Shown here piece by piece: positions 8,312-15,800 of a stretch of 24,419 nucleotides of DNA. Within the stretch, counting starts at the first letter, position 1; every line of letters starts with the position of its first letter. Below the pieces are notes generated by a model. The model did not search any database and was not told the origin of the DNA. It saw only the letters and a program-made list of their open reading frames with translations. Made by a program: the position numbers and the translations under genes. This stretch comes from a virus. Where the stretch lies: IMG/VR virus record IMGVR_UViG_3300025326_000758, one strand, 5' to 3'.

Positions 8312-8955
8312 TTATCTGCGCCGAGATCGGGTCGCTGCATAAAGGCAACCAGCATCTAGCCTACGAGATGATCCGAAGGTCCGCAGAGGCTGGGGCGGAC
8401 ATCTGCAAGTTCCAGTTAGGATGGCCCGCAGACGATCAACTAAGACATGTTGACTCCTTCGCTGGTTTCCTGAAGGAGTCCTGTGAGCATTTCGGGATTG
8501 AGTTCCTGGCCTCCATCTGGTCGCTGGAAGGATTAACAGTCGCCCAGATCCTGAGAATGAACCGCTACAAGATCAGCAACCAGATTGCTCTATCTGGGGA
8601 ACCGCTCTTCGAGCACATCATCGCAGATGGCAAAGAGACCCTCGTCTCCGCCCCTCCAGGGGGAAAGAAGTACAAGAACGTCCGCTGGATTTACACCGTC
8701 TCGCAGTATCCTACCTACCCCAAATACCTGCATCTTCCAAGGACATTCGGAGAGGACGAGAAATACTACGGCTATTCAAGTCACACACACGGGATCGGGG
8801 ATGCACTCATAGCTATTTCTAGGGGGGCGGAGTACATCGAGAAGCACTGTACTCTGGACAGAGAAATGGTAACGAGGGACGCTTCCTTTGCCATCACCTT
8901 CGAGGAACTCGGAGAACTCGTGAGACTAGGGAGAGAGATCGAGAGGCTGAGATGA
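8308..8955 (+). CDS. neuB: N-acetylneuraminate/nonulosonate synthase family (NeuB/SpsE), lacking the C-terminal SAF domain
   Basis: IICAEIGSLHKG, AGADICKFQ, FLASIWS, YKI, SQYPT, GYSSHTHG, GAEYIEKHCTLDR..RDASFA; ATGA-coupled start at 8308; 215 aa. Family-level call. Confidence 0.9.
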   Translation: MIICAEIGSLHKGNQHLAYEMIRRSAEAGADICKFQLGWPADDQLRHVDSFAGFLKESCEHFGIEFLASIWSLEGLTVAQILRMNRYKISNQIALSGEPLFEHIIADGKETLVSAPPGGKKYKNVRWIYTVSQYPTYPKYLHLPRTFGEDEKYYGYSSHTHGIGDALIAISRGAEYIEKHCTLDREMVTRDASFAITFEELGELVRLGREIERLR

Positions 8956-10043
8956 AACACGTGCTAATCCGCGTGTTCTGGAGGTTTTGCACCGAGGTAT
9001 GGGGGATATTTATGCGAGCATACCGTTGGGACACAAGACCAGCAGATGCCATTGGCTATCGTCAATGGGCCGAACGCAAGCTGTCCCGGTTTGCACGAGA
9101 CTTTATCTTCACCGAAAACAGAAACCGGCCAGCTCTAGACGGCCTTTCGTTGATTCCCAGAGTAGCGGTGGACGTTTCTGAAGTGGATATTCGATACTCC
9201 GTCTTTGGGCAAAGCCTTGCGTCTCCAATCGGATTGTCTCCTGCTGGGGCGCAGCTTTGGCTGCATCCACTTGGAGAAAGAGCTACATCCGCAGGCCTCA
9301 ATGGACACGTCGGGATGTTTGGGACAATGGCAACGCAACAACTTGAACGCATCGCTGAGGCCGCAACGGGCCCTCTATGGTTTCAGTTGTATGTACAGCA
9401 CGACTTCCCGTTTACCTTGCACCTGATTGATCGTGCTCTAACGGCTGGGTTTTCTGCCCTTTGTATTACTCTCGATACGCCAGTGGCTTCCATACGACCA
9501 GGATGGGGGAAATACGCAATTCCTGCCTGGGCCGTGGCGCCGAATCTCAGAGATGCACCCATACCGCCCCTTGCTTCGGGCATTGGTCCTCGAATATCCC
9601 CAGCGGTATCTTGGAAAACGATTGAGGCGCTACGCAAGAGATACCAAGAAGTCCCCTTGGTACTGAAGGGCATTCTTCATCCTGATGATGCACGAATGGC
9701 TGAGGAAACAGGAGCAAGTGCAGTTCTCGTATCAAATCACGGCGGAAGGCAATTGTTCGGTTCGGTATCTCCCGTCACAATGTTTCCAGCAATTCGGGCC
9801 GCTACTAGCATCCCCCTGTACGTAGACGGTGGGATACAGAGCGGGATTGATGTTTTGAAGGTGCTGGCTCTCGGCGCAGATATGACGTTCGTGGGTAGCT
9901 CCTACCTTTGCGCATTGGCCCACTCCGGCACGCAAGGCGTTGCACATATCTTGCGCTTGCTGGATACCGAACTGATACGTGCGATGCGTTTATGTGGCGT
10001 GACTAAACTATCTGATATAAACCGCTCGCTGCTCGGAGGTTAG
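8952..10043 (+). CDS. FMN-dependent alpha-hydroxy-acid oxidase/dehydrogenase family protein
   Basis: LIPRVAVDVS, SPIGLSPAG, LWFQLY, ITLDTP..SIR, VPLVLKGILHPDDA, VSNHGGRQL, VDGGIQSGIDVLKVLALGA, ELIRAMRLCG. Confidence 0.9.
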   Translation: MKHVLIRVFWRFCTEVWGIFMRAYRWDTRPADAIGYRQWAERKLSRFARDFIFTENRNRPALDGLSLIPRVAVDVSEVDIRYSVFGQSLASPIGLSPAGAQLWLHPLGERATSAGLNGHVGMFGTMATQQLERIAEAATGPLWFQLYVQHDFPFTLHLIDRALTAGFSALCITLDTPVASIRPGWGKYAIPAWAVAPNLRDAPIPPLASGIGPRISPAVSWKTIEALRKRYQEVPLVLKGILHPDDARMAEETGASAVLVSNHGGRQLFGSVSPVTMFPAIRAATSIPLYVDGGIQSGIDVLKVLALGADMTFVGSSYLCALAHSGTQGVAHILRLLDTELIRAMRLCGVTKLSDINRSLLGG

Positions 10044-10046
10044 ACG

Positions 10047-10802
10047 ATGGTCATTGACCCGCTTAAACCGTTCGGAGAAGCAGAGTGGGAGGATGCCGGA
10101 AGACCGGCGGCGATAGCTACGCCCTCCAGAGGGACAAACCATATTGATTTGCCGTTTTTTGAACGGATGGGCGTGCAGGTGTTTTCGTTGTTTGATGATC
10201 CCGCGGGCCTGGAGACAATCCGCGCGGCTGCCGAATATACCTTCTTCGCGATCCTCTCCTGTCTTAGAAAAGGGGCGGTCAACGCCGAGGAGAGACAGAA
10301 GCCGAGAAGAGAGCTATACGGAAAGACTGTAGGGCTGGTTGGCTTGGGAAGGATCGGGAGGAATCTGAGGAATTGGTGCTCTGTGTTTGGGGCGCACGTT
10401 CTCTTCTACGACCCCTACGTGAAAGGGTATTCTAGCCCTCTGGTGGTGATGTTCAGGGCTTGCGACATCCTTGTAGTCTGCTGTTCTCTGACCAAAGAAA
10501 CTACGGGGATGATCGACAAGAACCTCTTGGACCTCTGTAGGGAGGATGCGATCATCGTGAACACCGCGAGAGGGGAGATCGTGGTGGAAAGGGATATGCT
10601 AGACTTCCTCTCTGAGAGAAAGGATGTGACCTACTTCGCAGATGTGTGGGAGAGAGAGCTGGACGGATACCCCAATCCGTTCTATGGACTTCCTAATACG
10701 ATAACGAGTAACCATGAGGCGGGGAACTGTGTAGAGTCGAACGAGAAGGCCCACGCGATAGCCGAACGATTGCTAAGTCGTGCTATTATGGGAACTGGAT
10801 GA
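10047..10802 (+). CDS. D-isomer-specific 2-hydroxyacid dehydrogenase (NAD-binding), short N-terminus
   Basis: TPSRGTNHID, AAEYTF, GKTVGLVGLGRIG Rossmann motif, FYDPY, NTARGEIV, ADVWERE, TSNHEAG; GGAGG RBS. Confidence 0.87.
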   Translation: MVIDPLKPFGEAEWEDAGRPAAIATPSRGTNHIDLPFFERMGVQVFSLFDDPAGLETIRAAAEYTFFAILSCLRKGAVNAEERQKPRRELYGKTVGLVGLGRIGRNLRNWCSVFGAHVLFYDPYVKGYSSPLVVMFRACDILVVCCSLTKETTGMIDKNLLDLCREDAIIVNTARGEIVVERDMLDFLSERKDVTYFADVWERELDGYPNPFYGLPNTITSNHEAGNCVESNEKAHAIAERLLSRAIMGTG

Positions 10803-11128
10803 GCGACGACAACTCCTATACGCAACCCAAGAAGACCTCCACCTCCCACGGCAAGGTTTGGGAAGTCCTGAAAGCCTCCAAGAGGAACTTTCAAGGCATC
10901 ATCGGGCAAGGGCAGGATATGCGCTTTGGCCCCAACGATGCTTTTTCCACCCGCGATCCCAAGAAAGCCAAAGAAATCTCCGACAAGTACGGATATGCCC
11001 CTGGAGGAAGTAGAGACGTGATCGTGGTTGAGAGAGACGAATACGCCGCATCCTCCAGAAAGAACGTCTGGTCAGTCCCCGAACTCCCCTGGAAAAAGGA
11101 TGGACGAGGAACGTCCAATGAAGACTGA
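10799..11128 (+). CDS. Hypothetical phage protein (109 aa)
   Basis: ATGA coupling with the dehydrogenase stop; continuous ORF. Confidence 0.65.
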   Translation: MSDDNSYTQPKKTSTSHGKVWEVLKASKRNFQGIIGQGQDMRFGPNDAFSTRDPKKAKEISDKYGYAPGGSRDVIVVERDEYAASSRKNVWSVPELPWKKDGRGTSNED

Positions 11129-11624
11129 AGAGATTAGGGGCATCTTGGAAGGATTCGAGAGCGAGCAAGTAGCCCTTCATGGAAGGAAGAGGGCATTACA
11201 GGCCGAGTTGAAGGACATGGAAATACGTTTCCACAGGGGGGCAGGAGCCATCCTTGCTCTACGAAACATCTTGGCAATGTATGGGGAGTACGTCGCATCC
11301 CAATCCACCGAGGAGATCGTGAAGCAACACGACATCCCTATGGCCTCCGATGAAGCGGAAGCCCTCCGTATAAGGACGTTAGGCCCTGGAGAGACCACTG
11401 AGAAACAACTGGCTCAACTCAGGGAATCCGTCTACGAAAGACAGGCGATGGACTGGGTTGGCGTCCTGGATAGGAGAGACCATGAGGATGCTGGATCTGG
11501 CCCTGGAGTCGGGGCTGGTGGGAGTCCAACTGGAGAGAGCGGACCTGCGGGGGAGGAATCTATCAGGGGCGAACCTGACGAACGCCAACCTGAGGATGGC
11601 CGATCTGACGGACGCGGACCTTAG
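11118..11624 (+). CDS. Hypothetical coiled-coil protein (168 aa) with acidic low-complexity tail
   Basis: ATG 11118 after GAGGA; heptad-like N-terminus; last 143 nt overlap the next gene. Confidence 0.6.
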   Translation: MKTEEIRGILEGFESEQVALHGRKRALQAELKDMEIRFHRGAGAILALRNILAMYGEYVASQSTEEIVKQHDIPMASDEAEALRIRTLGPGETTEKQLAQLRESVYERQAMDWVGVLDRRDHEDAGSGPGVGAGGSPTGESGPAGEESIRGEPDERQPEDGRSDGRGP

Positions 11625-12042
11625 AGGTATTACCGCTGTTCATACAGATTTCTCTGGAGCCAAACTATTACGAGCGGACCTGGAAGGGGCCAATCTGGTC
11701 GCGGCGGACTTCACTGGAGCATATCTGAGAGCGGCGAACTTCTCTTATGCAAAGATGTGGACAACGATGCTGCGGAGAGTTTCAGCAAAGAACGCAATCT
11801 TCTTCCAAGCCGATATGACCTACGTGGATTTCAATGGTGGTGAGTTTCTAGGGTCGCGGTTTAATGGTGCTATCCTAGATGGGGCGAGGAACGTAGATCG
11901 AGCGATCTTCTACTGGTGGCTCCCTTCGGATAAGGGGAAGCCGATATACGAAGCCAGGCCAGGATATGTCAGGAGGGAACGGAGTGCGATGGGAGGGATT
12001 TCTCTTCCAGAGAACGCAGGAAGAAAGACCTATGACGGTTGA
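11482..12042 (+). CDS. Pentapeptide-repeat protein (paralogue 2)
   Basis: ADLRG RNLSG ANLTN ANLRM ADLTD ADLRG ... TDFSG AKLLR ADLEG ANLVA ADFTG AYLRA ANFSY; ATG 11482 with TAGGAG RBS. Confidence 0.92.
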   Translation: MRMLDLALESGLVGVQLERADLRGRNLSGANLTNANLRMADLTDADLRGITAVHTDFSGAKLLRADLEGANLVAADFTGAYLRAANFSYAKMWTTMLRRVSAKNAIFFQADMTYVDFNGGEFLGSRFNGAILDGARNVDRAIFYWWLPSDKGKPIYEARPGYVRRERSAMGGISLPENAGRKTYDG

Positions 12043-12199
12043 GGAAGAACTGGAAGAGTTGTGGAAGCAGTATAGAGAGATCTCCCAACAGATTGACGCG
12101 CTCCGCGAACAGAAGAGGGCAGTTACTGCTATGATTGCAGACAAGGAGGAGGTGATCGAAGCAGGCAAAAGAGCAGGGTGGGGACAGGTCATTGGGTGA
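12032..12199 (+). CDS. Small coiled-coil hypothetical protein (55 aa)
   Basis: ATG 12032 after AGGAAGAAAG; EEELEELWKQYREISQQIDALREQK heptads. Confidence 0.55.
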   Translation: MTVEEELEELWKQYREISQQIDALREQKRAVTAMIADKEEVIEAGKRAGWGQVIG

Positions 12200-12482
12200 G
12201 ATTCTGTTTCGGAACATCCAGTCCATGCGGGTAGTCCCCGATGGGACAGATGTTCTTCTGCTGAAGAACGGAGTCCTGATGGCCGCAATCCCTTGGAGGC
12301 AAGCGGAGGAACTGTCTAAGGCAATCTGGAGCGTCGCGAGGTTATGCGACAGATTGGACAACATTGAGCAGATCGCTGCAGATGCAACGATCATGAAGAA
12401 CGCTGGAGTATCCCGAAGATTCACCGATGCGTTTGTGGGAATTCCCACAGTGAGGAGACACGATGGCAAACCTACTCTATGA
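12192..12482 (+). CDS. Hypothetical phage protein (96 aa)
   Basis: TTG start overlapping the upstream stop; fills the gap to the structural genes. Confidence 0.55.
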   Translation: MGEILFRNIQSMRVVPDGTDVLLLKNGVLMAAIPWRQAEELSKAIWSVARLCDRLDNIEQIAADATIMKNAGVSRRFTDAFVGIPTVRRHDGKPTL

Positions 12483-12870
12483 TGCTGGACGAGAAGCGTT
12501 TCTGGATGGGAACTTGGATTGGGCCGCCGATACCATTAAGGTAACATTGCTGGACACGTCTGGCTATGTCTACTCATCGGCCCACGACTTCTACAATGAC
12601 ATCACCGTCGCGGGAAGAACAGCGGAATCGGGTGCGTTCGTTGGAAAGACCTCCACCGATGGGACGGCGGATGCTTCGGATGTCACGTTGTCGGCTGTCT
12701 CGGGAAGCGTGAGCGAGAACCTCATCATCTGGGAGGACGATGCTTCCGCTTCGGACTCAGATAGATTGATCGCCAGGATCGACACCGCTACCGGTCTGGC
12801 TGTCACCCCGAACGGTGGCGACATCACGATCACCTGGGACTCGGGCACCGACAAAATCTTCACACTGTAG
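12463..12870 (+). CDS. Virion structural protein (minor-tail-type, 135 aa)
   Basis: GAGGAG RBS; MANLLYDAGREAFLDG..DW..DTIKV.L, G..DA.DVT, TPNGGDITITWD resembles small minor-tail proteins of actinophage-like genomes as I recall them. Confidence 0.65.
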   Translation: MANLLYDAGREAFLDGNLDWAADTIKVTLLDTSGYVYSSAHDFYNDITVAGRTAESGAFVGKTSTDGTADASDVTLSAVSGSVSENLIIWEDDASASDSDRLIARIDTATGLAVTPNGGDITITWDSGTDKIFTL

Positions 12871-12873
12871 TGA

Positions 12874-15800
12874 ATGGCCCATCCTGCCAAGGAAGCCCGT
12901 GATCGCGTAATCGCGAGTTTTCCCGACGCGGTAGTTGTAGAGCGTCGGCGAAACTCGATCAAGCACGCAATCCCCTCGATCCCCAATAAGTTCATTCTGG
13001 ATCTCGGAATCGGCCCGATGCACTTTGGGCCTTCCGAAGATCAGGAAATCAACACCGCTTGGCAACCTGGAATCGCTCCTTGGGATTTCCAGATGACCCA
13101 GGCGGGCTTCAGTGCCTTCGCCCTCTCCAACTTCTCCTCCGGGCAGATCGTCAAGTACGTCCACCCCGGAAGCGGGGAGTCAATCGCCTTCCAGCCCCAG
13201 CAACTCCAATACACAAATGACCTAGATCAGATTCAGGCTATCGCCAATCCGCAATCTGTGGGCGCGGTGGTTCAGGACGAGGATGTCCTGTTCTGGCAGG
13301 GAGCTTTCGGGCCGGGATTTGATATTCGCTGGCAGGCGCAGACTGCCCGTTTGGACAAACGCTTGGTCGTGGATCAGGCCTCCAGATGGCCGACCCCCAC
13401 CGCGCAGATCATCGCGGGCGGCAATCCGGTCGCTCGGTTGCAGTTCATCTTCCAGGTTTCAACCGGCATCGACATCTTCGTCAACGGCGTTCTGTGGACC
13501 CGCCAGCCGAACAGCACAAGGGATACGCAGGCCTATGTGGAGTTCCGGTTGCAGGGGACGGGCGAAGTCCTGTGGAGCTTCAACCTGCCACGATCCAACG
13601 CTTCGCCAGTCGAGGATCAGGACCCGGATGAGTTACTGGGGACCTTCAGGCTGCGCAGGACCGGGCCTAACCTGTTTGTAGAGCACCGAATCCCCATTGC
13701 TTGGCTTCAGGCCGCGGACTATCCCATTGAGATCGACGTGACGATTGACGAGGTGGTGGGGGCGAGCGCAGATGATGCAAGCCAAACTACAGCCGACGTA
13801 GTATCAATTCTCGCCACCAGCATCACCGTGGACAACACGCAAGAGCACGCGGGTTTCCGATGGACCACTGTTGGGGTTCCCGTTGCGGCCACAATCAATT
13901 CCGCCTGGATGAGCATTTTCATAGTTGGTACTACCACGGACGAGCCGCAGCACCAGCTGCGTGGACAACTCGTGGCAGACGCAGCGGAATTCACTACGGG
14001 ATCTAATAATATAGACGCAAGATCGCGTACAACTGCCACGGTCAACTGGGAAGATACGGATTTAGGATCAGGAGCAGATGAGGAATGGCAATGGGGGGCA
14101 CCTAATGGAAGCCCGACGTCTGGTGCCGACATCAAGACCATTATTCAGGAGATTGTAGACCAAGGTGGATGGGCACAAAACAATGCGATGGTGCTCATCT
14201 TTGAACAGCATACCCTGGATTCGGCTCGTGACTTAGCTCCAAATTTCTATGATGCTAGTACTAGCTTGGCCGCCAAGCTCCACATCGAATACACCTCGTC
14301 TGGCCCGCAGACGATCACATGCACCGGTATCGCTTCAACTGAGGCCTTTGGCACAGCACAACTCAATCTTCAGGTACTTCCCTCTGCGATAAGCAGCACC
14401 GAGGCTTTCGGAACTTCCCTCTTCATACTCTACCTTCTGCCCACTGGGATTGCATCCTCGGAATCTTTCGGCACCGCGGTTCTGAGCGTGGGTGCTGTAG
14501 ATGTTGCACCATCGGGCATCGCAACATCTGAGAGCTTTGGCACAGCTACTCTCACGCTATATCTACTACCCAGTGCTATCGCCTCTGCTGAGGCGTTTGG
14601 CACAGCACTGTTTGTCCTCTATGTAGTTCCCAGTGGGATAGCTTCTGGAGAATCATTTGGCACAACGACAGTCACTCCGGGTGCAGTGACTGTCGGTCCC
14701 ACAGGGGTAGCATCAGCAGAAACGTTCGGAACTGCGGCTCTCGCGCTGTATTTGGTTCCATCGGGAATTGCATCATCAGAATCGTTCGGAACCGCACAGC
14801 TTAATCTGGTCCTGTTCCCAAGCGGGATCGCCTCTGCCGAGTCCTTTGGGACTGCGGCACTGGTTCTCTACATACTTCCCAGTGGCATCGCATCTGCTGA
14901 ATCCTTCGGTACAGCCACAGTAACAGTCGGGGCACTGGTCCTGTTCCCCGATGGCATCGCGACTTCAGAAGCCTTCGGAACAACAACTCTCACGCCTGGA
15001 GCAGTTACCCTCAGTCCAACCGGGATTGCTTCGGCTGAGGCATTTGGCACCTCCACGCTCTCCCTATACCTGCTGCCATCAAGTATCACCTCAGGTGAAT
15101 CATTCGGAACGGCTCAGCTCAATCTTGTCCTCTTAGTAAGTGGTATTGCCAGCGCAGAGGCCTTTGGAACCGCGCAACTCAACCTGACGATTTCGGCTTC
15201 CGGCATCGCCTCTTCCGAGGCATTTGGCAACGCGACGGTATCCGCTGGACTTCTCCTCTTGCCGGATGCCATCGGCTCCTCTGAGTCCTTTGGCACGACA
15301 ACACTCGTTCCTGGGGCGGTTGACATCTCTCCGACTGGGATAGCCAGCACAGAGAGTTTCGGGACCGCGACCCTTGGACTGTATGCACTTCCTGATGGGA
15401 TTACAACGACCGAACTGTTCGGAACAGCCCTGCTGGGTCTGTATCTGCTCCCCACGGCTATCAGCACCGAGGAACTATTCGGAACAGCAGATGTATCCAC
15501 AACTGGCGCACAGACCATTGAACCCTCCAGCCTCCTAAGTGAGGAGGTCTTTGGTACTGCGCTACTTGAGGTTGAGGTTCTCAGAGTCGGAGCTAGACCA
15601 CAGATATTCCCTGTTGGGCCTCCTGTTGTGGTGGTGGATCGGGCTTTCCCAGAGGAGATCCGACAAAGGGCTATTGACCAAGAAGCTAAACGACTAAGAC
15701 AGGAAATAGTTCAACGCGAACAATTGGTGAAGGAGCGCATCGACTCAATACGTAGTCTCTTAGCAGACGCCAGGGAAGACACCGAGGACGCTAACCGAAA

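Noticed and set aside
4505-10802. Host chromosomal polysaccharide locus (misassembly or prophage boundary)
   Set aside because: The block is translationally coupled, interleaved with phage-type hypothetical genes, flanked on both sides by virion genes, and lacks flippase, polymerase and nucleotide-sugar housekeeping genes.
5762-12042. Calling the pentapeptide proteins qnr quinolone-resistance genes
   Set aside because: Only the generic repeat is shared; I see no Qnr-specific loops, and the C-terminal cap is different.
14323-15575. Periodic sequence as a CRISPR array or DNA-level satellite
   Set aside because: The period is a multiple of 3, conservation is at amino-acid level with synonymous variation, there are no invariant repeats with unique spacers, and it lies inside a 1030-aa ORF.
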